Source: the human T2T-CHM13v2.0 reference genome, Homo sapiens. From it: 64,000 nt of DNA. How positions within the stretch are numbered: position 1 is the first letter of the stretch; each line of letters opens with the position of its first letter. Shown piece after piece: positions 45,803 to 59,217 of this stretch. The stretch is from NCBI RefSeq assembly GCF_009914755.1, contig NC_060934.1. One strand, 5' to 3'. The position numbers and the translations under genes are program-made. Under the pieces are notes generated by a model, which saw only the letters and a list, made by a program, of their open reading frames with translations, did not search any database and was not told the DNA's origin.

Positions 45803-47537
45803 TTTTTTATGCCCAGCTAATTTTTATTTATTTATTTATTTATTTATTTTTTAGTATTTATTGATCATTCTTGGGTGTTTCTCGGAGAGGGGGATGTGGC
45901 AGGGTCATAGGATAATAGTGGAGAGAAGGTCACCAGATAAACACGTGAACAAAGGTCTCTGGTTTTCCTAGGCAGAGGTCCCTGCGGCCTTCCACAGTGT
46001 CCCTGGGTACTTGAGATTAGGGAGTGGTGATGACTCTTAACGAGCATGCTGCCTTCAAGCATCTGTTTAACAAAGCACATCTTGCACCACCCTTAATCCA
46101 TTTAACCCTGAGTTGACACAGCACATGTTTCAGAGAGCACGGGGTTGGGGGTAAGGTTATAGATTAACAGCATCCCAAGGCAGAAGAATTTTTCTTAGTA
46201 CAGAACAAAAATGGAGTCTCCTATGTCTACTTCTTTCTACACAGACACAGTAACAATCTGATCTCTCTTTCTTTTCCCCACATTTCCCCCTTTTGTTTTC
46301 GACAAAACCGCCATCGTCATCATGGCCCGTTCTCGATGGTCGCTGTCTCTTCGGAGCTGTTGGGTACACCTCCCAGATGGGGCGGCTGGGCAGAGGCGCT
46401 TCTCACTTCCCAGACGGGGCGGCCGGGCAGAGGCGCTCCTCACATCCCAGATGATGGGTGGCTGGGCAGAGGCGCTCCTCACTTCCCAGATGATGGGTGG
46501 GCGGGCAGAGGTGCTCCTCAGTTCCCAGACGGGGCTGCCAGTCAGAGGCGCTCCTTGCCTCCCAGACAGGGTGGCGGCCGGGCAGAGGTGCTCCTCACAT
46601 CCCAGACGGGGCGGCCGGGCAGAGGCGCTCCTCACTTCCCAGACGGGGTGGCCAGGCAGAGGCGCTCCTCACTTCCCATTTGGGGCGGCTGGGCAGAGAC
46701 GCTCCTCAGTTCCTAGATGGGGTGGCGGCCGGGCAGAGGTGCTCCTCACTTCCCAGACAGGGCGGCCAGGCAGAGGCGCTGCTCACTTCCCATTCGGGGC
46801 AGCCGGGCAGAGGCGCTCCTCACTTCCCATTCGGGGCAGCCAGGCAGAGGCACTCCTCACTTCCTCCCAGACGGGGTGGCCGGGCAGAGGCGCTACTCAC
46901 TTCCCAGACGGGGCGGCCGGGCAGAGGCGCTCCTCACATCCCAGACGATGGGCGGCCAGGCAGAGACGCTCCTCACTTCCTAGATGGGGTGGTGGCCGGG
47001 CAGAGGCGCTCTTCACTTCCAGACGGGGCAGCCGGGCAGAGGGGCTCCTCACATCCCAGACGATGGGCAGCCAGGCAGAGACGCTGCTCACTTCCTAGAC
47101 GGGGTGGCAGGCGGGCAGAAGCTGTAATCTTAGCACTTTGGGAGGCCAAGGCAGGTGGCTGGGAGGTGGAGGTTGTAGCGAGCCGAGATCACGCCACTGC
47201 ACTCCAGCCTGGGCAACATTGAGCATTGAGTGAGTGAGACTCCGTCTGCAATCCCAGCACCTCGGGAGGCCGAGGCGGGCAGATCACTCAAGGCCAGGAG
47301 CTGGAGACCAGCCCAGTCAACACGGCGAAACCCCGTCTCCACCAAAAATACAAAAATCAGTCAGTAGTGGCGGTGTGTGCCTGGAATCCCAGGCACTCGG
47401 CGGGCCAAGGCAGGAGAATCACGGGAGCCCGAGGCAGGGAGGTTGCAGCAAGCCGAGATCATGGCAGTACAGTCCAGGCTTGGCAAGAGAGGGAGACCGT
47501 AGAAAGAAAGGGGAGAGGGAGAGGGAGAGGGAGAGGC
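45803..47537 (-). mobile_element. SVA (SVA_A-like), full structure with short hexamer
   Basis: Hexamer 47511-47536, VNTR about 46370-47120, SINE-R with 16 extra bp relative to the other SVA, (AAAT)n tail; perfect 15-bp TSD gacccctttataatt at 45788-45802 and 47538-47552. Confidence 0.95.
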
Positions 47538-47617
47538 GACCCCTTTATAATTATATAACGACCTTTGTCTCATGAGGCAGCTAATAACTTAAAATCTCTC
47601 TTCTTATATAAGTATAG

Positions 47618-47950
<333 letters not shown>

Positions 47951-48122
47951 TGTGTGTTCTTAAAGTTTTTGTGAGTCTCTTGTGGGCAGCATGTAGTTGG
48001 GTTCTTAAAAAAAAAATCCATTCAGCCACTTGACATGTTTTTGTTGGAGATTTAATCAATTTACACTTAAATATACATTCAAAGTAATTATTTATATGTA
48101 AGGACTTACTATTACCATTTTG

Positions 48123-48409
48123 TTTTTTGAGTTGGATTCTCACTCTGTTGCCCAGGCTGGAGTGCAGTGGTGCAATCTTGGCTTACTGCAGCCTCTGCCT
48201 CCTGGGTTCAAGCAATTCTCCTGCCTTAGCCTCCTGAGTAGCTGGAATTACAGGCACCTGCCACTATGCCTGGCTAATTTTTGTATTTTTAGTAGAGATG
48301 CAGTTTCTCCATGTTGACCAGGCTGGTCTTGAACTCCTGACCTCAGGTGATCCACCACCTTGACCTCCCAAAGTGCTGTGATTGCAGGCATGAGCCACTG
48401 TGCATGGCT
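48123..48409 (-). mobile_element. AluS
   Basis: Dimer; TSD act(a/g)ttaccattttg at 48108-48122 and 48411-48425. Confidence 0.9.
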
Positions 48410-49289
48410 CACTGTTACCATTTTGAAGGACAGTAATCATATGATCATTTCAATAGATGCAGAAACAGCATTTCGCAGCATTCAAAATCTTTTCATAGTA
48501 AAAACTTACAACAAATTAGGTATACAAGGAATTTTCCCCACATAAAAAGGCCATATTAGCCTACAGCTAACATTACACTCAGTGGTGAATAGTTGAAGAC
48601 TTTTTCTCTAACAACAGGAAAAAGACAAGGATGCCTACTCTTACCAATTCTATTCAATGTAGTACCAGAAGTCAAATGCAGTAGCCAAGCAATTAGTCAA
48701 GAAAAAGAAATTAAAGGTATCCAAATCAGAATAGAAGAAGTAAAATCATGTGTTTATAGATGACATGAGTTCATATATAGAAAACCCTAAGGATGCTTCC
48801 CCCACCCCCATCAAATATAGAATGGTGCCACTCCCAAAACTCTTAGAACTAATAAATGTATTCAGTAAAGTTGCAGGTTACAAAATCAGCATCCCCATAT
48901 CAGTTGTGTTTCTACACACTAACAATAACTGTGAAGAAGAAAACATTTAGAGTAGCATGAAAAGAAATGAAATATTTAATAATAAATTTAACCAAGGAAG
49001 TAAAAGATATGCACACAGAAAACTATAAAACACATGAGATATATTGAAGAAGACACAAAGAAACGGGACAGTATTGTATGTTCATGGACTAGAAGAGTTA
49101 ATAGTGTTGCAAATAAGTCCATGTACCCAAAGTGATCTACAGATTCTGTGTGAATCCTATGAAAATACCAATGACATTTTTCACAGACATAAAACAAATC
49201 CTAAAATTCATATGCAATTTCAAAAGGCCTTGAATAGCCAAAGCAAATTTTAGCAAGAGTAGTAAGGCTGGAAGCACATTACTTTCTTA

Positions 49290-49794
<505 letters not shown>

Positions 49795-51272
49795 CTTACT
49801 TTCTGATTTCAAATTATGTTTTAAAGCTACAGTAATTAATACAGTATGGTACTGGCATAAAATCAGACATATAGACCCATGAAACAGATTAGCAAGCGCA
49901 GAAACAAACCCAAGCATAGGTACAAGTGATCTTCAGCAATAGTGTCAGAAATAAACAATGGGGAAAGGATAGTATCTCCAACAAATGATACTGGGAAAAG
50001 TGGATCTCTATATGCAAAAGAATGATGTTGGACCTTCATGCCATGCATAAAAATAAATTCAAAATGCATTAAAAACTTACCTGTATGAGCTGAAACCGTA
50101 AAACTCCTCGATGAAAACATAGGAAATAAGCTCCATGACATTGGTCTGGGCAATGATTTTTTTGGACATTACACCAAAAAAAAAAAAAACAGGAAAAAAA
50201 GCAAGAATAAACAACTGAGATTACATCAAACTTAAAAGTCCTGCCTAAAAAAGGAAATAATAAAATGAAATGGAAAACTATGGAATGGGAGAAAATATTT
50301 TCAAACTGTACATCTGATAATGGGTCAATATAAAAAATATACAAGGGACTCATACAACTGAATTGAAGATAAAAAGTAATTAAAGGACTTGAATAGATAT
50401 TTTTCCAAAGAAGACATACAAATATACATGGGTATGGGAAAAGGTACTTTATATCACCAATCATCAGAGAAATGTAAATCAAAATCACAATGAAATAATA
50501 CATCATACTTGTTAGGTTGGCTGTTATTAAGAAAAAATGGTAACAATTATTAGCAAGGATTTGGAGAAAAGGGAACCCTTCAACACTACTGGTGGGAATG
50601 TAAATTGGTAGAGCCATTATGGAAAACAGTATGGAAGTGCATAAAAATTTAAAATAGAACTACCATATGACCCATAAGTGCCACTTCTGGGTATGTATCC
50701 AAAGGAACTTAAATCAATATGTCAGGGGGATATCTGCACTCCCATTTTCATTGCAGTAGCCAAAATATGGAAACAACTTAAGTATCCATAATGGATGAAT
50801 GGATATAATGTGCCTATGCATACAACAGAATATTATTCACCCTTAAGAAATTAGAAAATCCTTCCATTTGTGACAACATGGATGGACCTGGAAGGCATTA
50901 TGTTAAGTGAAAGAATCCAGGCACAGAAAGCAAAATAATTTAGGAGCTGAAAAGGTGTAGGCTAAAATGCACAAAGTTTCAGTTTTCCAAGATAAATAAG
51001 CTTTGTAGATCTATTATACAGCAGAATTCCCATAGTGAACAATACTGCATTGTATACTTAAAATTTTCTAAGAGGGTAGGTGTTTTGTTAATTTTTCTTA
51101 ATAGCAACAGCAGCAGCAGAAACCATGACAAACAATTATGGTATTAATGAGGGCAGACGGAAACATTTGGAAATGAGGATCTCTTTGTGGCCTTGATGAT
51201 GATGATATTTTCATGGGTATATTCATATCCCCAATTCATTGGGATAGATACAATAAAAATGTATAGCTTTTT

Positions 51273-52508
51273 GTTTTGTTTTGTTTTTATACAACATTTT
51301 CAGCCTTTATTGAGAGTACAGTCATCATGCCAAAATTCATCCATCAACATACAACCTTATTTCCCATCTAAAGTTAATGAGAATGTATTTTATTTTAAAT
51401 GGGACATAGAGGCAACATGCCAAGAATTAAAGTACAACCATAAAGTTTTAGTTTTACACTTTGAATATCAACAAAGCAGTAATTCCTAAAATCATGAAAA
51501 CATGATAAAGTATCTATACAGAAAAAAATGAACATTTAAGTCATTTCATGCTTTCTTAATATCATATAGTGAAAACAGATGTACCTATAATTTCAGCCTA
51601 CAGATAGCATACTTCATAAGGTCATTATTCATTTAAAATAGTACAAATGTTTACAAAGAACATTTCACTTAAATTTCACAGCTGCTTATAAAATGGTACT
51701 TGCAAGACTGACCTATATAAAGAAATAAGAGTCTCATCAAAAGAGATGGTAAATTATAAATATATAATATATCACAATGTTAAAATCCTCAGTGCAAATC
51801 AATAAAGATAATGATCTTTGGAGAGGAAAGTATTTAGCTTTACATATTTACTGTGAATTTACATATTAATAAGAAACACATTTAAACCTTGTCCTGCCAC
51901 AGAATTATTCTGTGGGGGGCGGGGGGAAATGTACTTTTTGAATATGTGTACACCAAAACCAAAAAGTTAACTTTTACTTTTTCCTTTATTGGCAACTTTT
52001 GATGCATTTTTCGGTTTTGGTTCCCAGAGGGCATTTTTTACAAATCTTGAAGCTGCACCTCTGTCCAGCTTGCCAGCCTTTTTCTTGTCTGTTATTTCCT
52101 TGACTCTGTTCATATATACTCTGATTCTTTCCAATTCCTGTTTTACTGGATGTTCCTTAGGATTAACTCCTTGGGTTGCCAAATAAACCCAAAACATTGA
52201 ATTTAATGTGTATGCAGAAACCAAATCCACTTTTGCTTGTTCAAGTGGATCCAACTTCTGCAACAACTCATTTCTAGAAACAGACATCGTGGTCTTCAGC
52301 ATCTCATCCACAGCACCAGTGGAATTCTCAAACGCTGACAAATACTCGTGAATTTCTACTGGATAGTCTTCATTAATTTCTTCACCTGCCGTTATGGCTG
52401 ACTCACGGCCTTCGACTCCAGCCTCCCGGAAAGCGGTCGGGCAACGATGACGACAATGACGCGCCAGCTCTGCCCGCGCCACCAGCGGCGCTTTCCGATG
52501 ATCTCACC
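51273..52508 (-). pseudogene. C1DP1: Full-length processed retrocopy of C1D (nuclear exosome cofactor, Rrp47 homologue); open 141-codon frame 52392-51967 with ATG changed to ACG
   Basis: Translation (T)[16 protein letters not shown]...NKGKSKS is C1D; intronless; AATAAA at 51306-51311 (minus), decayed A-tail 51273-51288; perfect 15-bp TSD aatgtatagcttttt at 51258-51272 and 52509-52523. C1D identity is secure; the C1DP1 symbol is from recollection of location. Confidence 0.9.
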
Positions 52509-54837
52509 AATGTATAGCTTTTTATACACAAATTACATACCAATAAAGTGATTTAAAAGTATAGGATAAAATATAGAAACTAGGATTTTATTAAATTATT
52601 ATGCATAAATTTATATAGTAGCAGGATAGGACAATCATGTTGGTCTTTGGGGGAGCTAATAGACATATTCTTCAGGATCTTGTCAGTGCATTGTCTAGCT
52701 GTTCACCTGTGCATATTGAGAAATAAATAAATAGGCATAGATCTAGAGGGCCTTGAAATTCTTTTGTAATTGTGGGACAAATTGAGATCTCAATTAGATA
52801 TTGATTTGTTGGATGGTTTGTGAAGATATGATTCCTTTTTGGTGAACAGAATGCTTAGAACTAGTGTTCAGTCTTAGAGATGAAGTTGTTAAGTTAGATA
52901 AGAACAATGTACATTACCTGAATCATGTGGTCTGGACAGGAAAGCAGTCCTGTTAAGAATTCCTTCATGACATTTTTCTAGGGAGGCATAGATGTTACAA
53001 GTGAAGGTAATAGGCTGTTTTGCCTTTCAAAGCGTCTTTAGCCCAAGTGCATGCATCACAAATAGTCACCTTATGTCAGAATTGGAATCATAATAATTCT
53101 AACATGGCAAATTCACATTCGTGAATGAATTTCAGTGATTAGCTAGGGCATAGGCAAGGCAAAGGCATCCATGTGGTTAAAAAGTAATGACAGATTCTGA
53201 ATTCACATCATTTAAAAAAGTAACATTGATTACAGACCTAAATGTAAGAAAATAAAACCATAAAAAGGGAGGGAATTCAACTCCCAAAACTGAAAACACC
53301 TCGTTCAAAATTGAAGCAAAGTTACAAGGTAAGCAGTAGACTGGGAGAAAAGATTTGTGCTCATACAGTAGAAAAAAGGAGTACTAATAAGAATCTATAA
53401 CTCCCTAAAAACACATAAGAAAAATAGGCAAAGTATATAAAGAGGAGGTAACTAAGGGAAAGACAAAAAAATTGGCCAATAAACATTTTAAGAGATGCTC
53501 AATCTCACCGTGATCAGGGAAGATATAAGACAAAGCCATGACTTTTTTGTCTACAAAATTTAGAAGTTTTCTAATATCAACTATTGGCAGAGAGGTAGTG
53601 GAATGAATACTCTTACCATGCTAATATAATAGAAATTTCCCCCTTTCGAGGACAATTTAGCACAGTTTAGTAATAACAAAAGTGTATGCCATGTTATATA
53701 GCAAATCTCTTTTTATCTACCCTCGGGAAAGGAGTACAATGTGCTCAAGAAAGCATATAAAAGGAATTTTTTTTGCATCAGTGCGATGGTAGCAAAACTA
53801 GAAAGAACCTGTTTTTGTTAGTAGGAGTATGGCTCAATAATCTATGGTAAATGGATAATAAGGGAATACTATGAATAACTATGTGACCACAAATTAGATA
53901 ACTTAGATGATATATATCTCTAGAAAAACCCAAACTAAACTGTATCAAGAAGAACAAGAACATGTGACTGAACTTATAAGTAGTAAAAGATTTAATTAGT
54001 AATTAACATATTCCCACCAAGAAATGCTTAGGCCAGATGACTTCACTTTTTAATCCTGTCAAATATTTAAAGAAGAGTTAATACCAGGCCTGTACAAACT
54101 CTTCTAAAAAATTAAAGAGTTCACACTTCTCAATTCATTCTATGAGATTAGTGTTACTCTGATACCAAAATTAGACAATCACAAGAACATAAATATGATA
54201 TTTATTTTAAGAAGATAAATATATGTTATGAATATGAACATGAAAATCCTTACCAAAATACTAGCAAACTGAATCCAACAGCATATAAAAAAGATTATCT
54301 ATGATGAACATGTGAGATTTATTTTAGGAATGCAAGGTTGATTTAAAATGCAGGTATCAATTTACATAATGTGTAATATTGATTAAATAAAGGAGAAAAA
54401 ATTACATCAGTTCGCTAGATTCAGTAAATGCACTTGACAAAATTCAACATCTTTTTATGATACAAAGTTCCACAAACCAGGAATAGAAGGAAACTTCCTT
54501 AACCTGATGAAGGCCATCTACAAACCCCATGGTCAACATCATACTCAGTGGTGAGAATGAATAATTTCTCCCTATGATCAGGAACAAGACAAGACATTCA
54601 CTTCTATTCATCATTATAGTGGAGGTTCTAGCAAGGGCAATTATGGAAGAAAAGGAAATAAAAGTGTCTGCATTGGTGAGGAAGAAGTAAAACTACCTCT
54701 ATTTGCAAATGACATGATTTTAGATATAAAAACATCCTGAGTTCTGCTAAAACCTATTGGAAGTAATGAATGAATTCATCAAGGCTGCAATATACATGAT
54801 CAATAAACAAAAACAATTTGTATTTCTATACACTAGC

Positions 54838-55284
54838 TGTTATGGGTTGAATTGTATCCCCTCAAAAGATATGTTGAAGTTCTCACCCCCTGCTACCTCA
54901 GGGTGACCTTATTTGGAAACAGGGTTATTCCCGATATTATTAGTTGAGATGAGGTCATACTGGAGTAGGATGGGCCCTTAATCCAACGTGACTAATGTCC
55001 TTATAGGAATTGGAAAAGACAGATAAACATGGAGGAAATACTGCTAATGTAAAGATAGAGACAGAGACTGGATTTATTCTGCCACAATCCAAAGAATGCC
55101 AGGGACTAACAGTGGCTAGAATAGGCATGGTGGTTTCCTTCCCCAGATATTTCAGAGGGAGCATGGCTGTGCCAACACTTTAATTTTGGATTTCAAGTCA
55201 TCAGGCTGTGAGAAAATAAATTCTTGTTGTTTTAAATCACCCATATGTGGTCTTTTATTACTACAGCCCTAGGAAACAAATACA
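54838..55284 (+). mobile_element. MLT1B/C solo LTR (ERVL-MaLR)
   Basis: TGttatgggttgaattgtatcccc...aataaa...cagccctaggaaacaaataCA; 5-bp TSD ctagc/ctaac. Confidence 0.85.
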
Positions 55285-55475
55285 CTAACTATGAACATTT
55301 CAAAAGTGAAATAAAGAAAACAATTCCATTTATAATAGCACCAAAGAGATCATACCTGAATTTAAAAGAAATGCAAGACTTGGGCACTGAAACTACAAAA
55401 CATCATTGAAAGAACTTAAAGAACACCTACAGAAATGGATAGATATCTCATCTTCATAGACTGTTAAACTTAATA

Positions 55476-55777
55476 TTTTTTATTTTCTTTTTAAGAAACA
55501 GGGTCTCACTCTGTCACCCAGGCTGGTGTGCAGTGATGCAATCATAGCTCACTTCAGCTGCTAACTCCTAGGCCCAAGGCATCTTCCTGCCTCAGCCTTC
55601 TAAGCAGCTAGGACTACAGGCATGAACCACCATGCCTGGCAATTAAAAAATTTTTTTTGTAGGGACAGGGTCTTGCTGTGTTGCCTAGGCTCGTCTTGAA
55701 CTCCAGGCTTCAAGTGATCCTCCTGCCTTGGCCTCCCAAAGTTCTGTGATTACAGGTGTGAGCCACCACACCTGGCT
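55476..55777 (-). mobile_element. AluJ
   Basis: gggtctcactctgtc...atcatagctcac J-type. Confidence 0.88.
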
Positions 55778-56105
55778 TTAATAATCTTAAGATAGCAATA
55801 CTTCCCAAATTGTCCTGCAGATTCAATGTAATTACTTTCAAAATTCCAGCTGACATTTTTAAAAAACTGACAAGCTGATTCTAAAACTCATGTGGAAGTG
55901 CAAGGAAGCTAGAATAGCCAAAGCAATCTTAAGAACAAAGTTAGAAGACTCATACTTAACTGATTTTAAAACTTAATACAAAGCTACAGTAACCAAGGCA
56001 AAGTGTTACTGGCATAAGGCTAGACATATAGAGCAATGGAATAGAGTTGAAAGTCCACAAATAAACCCTTACATTTATGAACAATTGATTTTCAAGGTAA
56101 GATGA

Positions 56106-56490
<385 letters not shown>

Positions 56491-56937
56491 TTGGATTACT
56501 TATTTTTGCCATGCACTAATGTCAAAATTATCAAAGAACTAAATTTAAGAGCTAAAACTATAGGCATTTTAGAAGAAGCATAGGAGTAAATCTTTGTGAC
56601 ATTGGGTTAGGCAGTGGTTTCTTAAATATGACATCAGAAGTACAATCAACAAAAGAAAAAGTTAGATCAACTTTATCCAAATTAAAAACTCTTGTGCTGC
56701 AAATGATACTATCAAAAACATGAAAAAAAACCACTCATAGAATATGAAAAATATTCACAAATCATATATCTGCTAAAGTACTTAGAAGAATATATAAAGA
56801 ACTCTTATACCTCAATAATAAAAAGATAAATAATTCAATTAAAAATAGGCAAAGGATCTGAATAGATATTTCCCCAAAGAAGATATAGAAATGCCCAATA
56901 AGCACATGAAAAGATACTTAACATTGTTAGTTACTAG

Positions 56938-57294
<357 letters not shown>

Positions 57295-57707
57295 TAGGAT
57301 GGCTATATTCAAATAGACAACGCAATGATTTGTTGGCAAGTATGTAGAGAGATTGGGAACCTCATAATGGGAATTTAAATTATGTATCTGCTTTGGAAAA
57401 GTTTGCCGGTTCCTCAAAATGTTAAATACAGAGTCTGCATATGATTCAGAAATTCTGTGTCTAGGTTTATACATGAGATAAATGAAAACACATGTTCACA
57501 CAAAAACTTGTACATAAATGTTCATAATAGCATTATTCATAATGGCAGAAAAGTGGAAACAAACAAAATGTCCTTAAAGTGTTGGATAAATAAAATGTGG
57601 GATATCCATATAATGGAATGTTATTTGGCAGTAACATAGATAAACATAGATTATTTGTTGAAAATAATCTATGGTCTATCCATACTGTGGAACAATGTCA
57701 CCAAACT

Positions 57708-57868
57708 GTGTCAGCAAACTGTGGAACAATGTCAAACCTAACCTGAAACTTATTTTTGTAAATAAAGTTTAATTGGAATACAGCCATACGCATTGAAGAA
57801 TAGTGACAGAGACCATCAGGCTTGCAGAATCTAAGATACTTACTATTTAGTTCTTTACAACTCCTGCT
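57708..57868. mobile_element. MER58A-like hAT fragment
   Basis: gtcagcaaact...tttttgtaaataaagtttaattggaatacagccat...acagagacc. Confidence 0.65.
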
Positions 57869-58202
57869 ATGGAATAATCATTAGCGCTTAAAAAAACTGG
57901 GAAAGATCTATGTTTATGGACATGAAGAAATCTCAGACATTAAGTTAAGTGAAAAAGTAAGTTTGGAACAATATATACAGTGATGTCATTTATGTGAAAA
58001 AGAAAACTGAAATCCAACCCACTAATAAAAATTACAGAATGGAAAAGTTACATGCAGTATTGTGTAAATGCCTAGAACAAGTCCTGGAAAGGTAACAGTG
58101 ATCCAATATTTCTAGGGAGAGTATTAAATTTTTGAAGTGCTAATCAAAGTGTCCGTTAAACTTCATCTGTATTAAAATCTTTACAAAGAAAATGTGTGTG
58201 TT

Positions 58203-58519
58203 AGGTGGGAATTGAACAATGAGAACACATGGACACAGGAAGGGGAACATCACACACCGGGGACTGTTATGGGGTGGGGGGAGGGGGGAGGGATAGCATT
58301 AGGAGATATACCTAATGCTAAATGACGAGTTAATGGGTGCAGCACACCAACATGGCACATGTTTGTTACATATGTAACAAACCTGCACGTTGTGTACATG
58401 TACCCTAAAACTTAAAGTATAATAATAATAAAATAAATAAAAAGAAAAAGAAAAAGTGGGATGCAAGGGAGGGCAGAATAAAACAGCAGCAACTAATTAC
58501 TGAATACCAAAAGAAAAAA
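58203..58519 (+). mobile_element. Short 5'-truncated young L1PA (PA2/PA3-like) 3' end with about 53-bp 3' transduction
   Basis: L1 3' UTR 58203-58420 (GAG, not Ta ACA); tail 1 to 58455; unique 58456-58508; tail 2; perfect 18-bp TSD aaagaaaatgtgtgtgtt at 58185-58202 and 58520-58537. Confidence 0.93.
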
Positions 58520-58596
58520 AAAGAAAATGTGTGTGTTTCATAAATTAAAATATAAATGTACAATTATAAACACACTTTTTTTGGTTTATTTTTCAG

Positions 58597-58627
58597 AGCT
58601 GTAAATGATCAAGTTTTGTTAGATGCT
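58597..58627 (+). CDS. CCDC7: CCDC7 coding exon (31 nt, (R)AVNDQVLLDA)
   Basis: tttttcag|AGCTGTA...GATGCT|gtaagt; phases 2-0 fit. Confidence 0.88.
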
Positions 58628-59067
58628 GTAAGTATAGTACTCTCAATTTGAAATTACACTTTGTCCTTGAGTTCTTAACAGATTCTAGAAATTGTCAGGA
58701 TACATAATCCTATAAAAAGATCCAATCCTTACTTAGTTTATTTAAGAGATTTGTATGCATATGTGAACTTTCTGGAAAGCCTTGTCTATTTTGTTCATTT
58801 TACTCTCATTATCACTCAGAAACTCTTCACTTCTCAAATACTAAACTATAATATCCTACAGTCATCTGAATAGTTCCAGTCCTTGACACGTGTAGATCTT
58901 TTATGTCTTTCAGCTCCAATTATTGTGTCACTCTACAGACTGATATCAATGTTTCATTCTTTTCATGAGTTAATGAAGACTTTCTTACCTTAATAATTAA
59001 ATATCTGAATAACCTTTCTACATTGAGAGTTTTACTCTTCATTATTACTAAAATTATTTGTTTTTAG

Positions 59068-59217
<150 letters not shown>

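Noticed and set aside
46322-47222. 258-aa and 241-aa ORFs
   Set aside because: Same SVA VNTR artefact
48108-48480. Switch from minus- to plus-strand L1 as a twin-priming inversion
   Set aside because: The two pieces cover overlapping ORF2 coordinates and each has its own 3' end, so they are separate insertions
52620-53200. Possible CR1/L3 remnant
   Set aside because: Similarity too weak to support by eye; needs a Dfam HMM search
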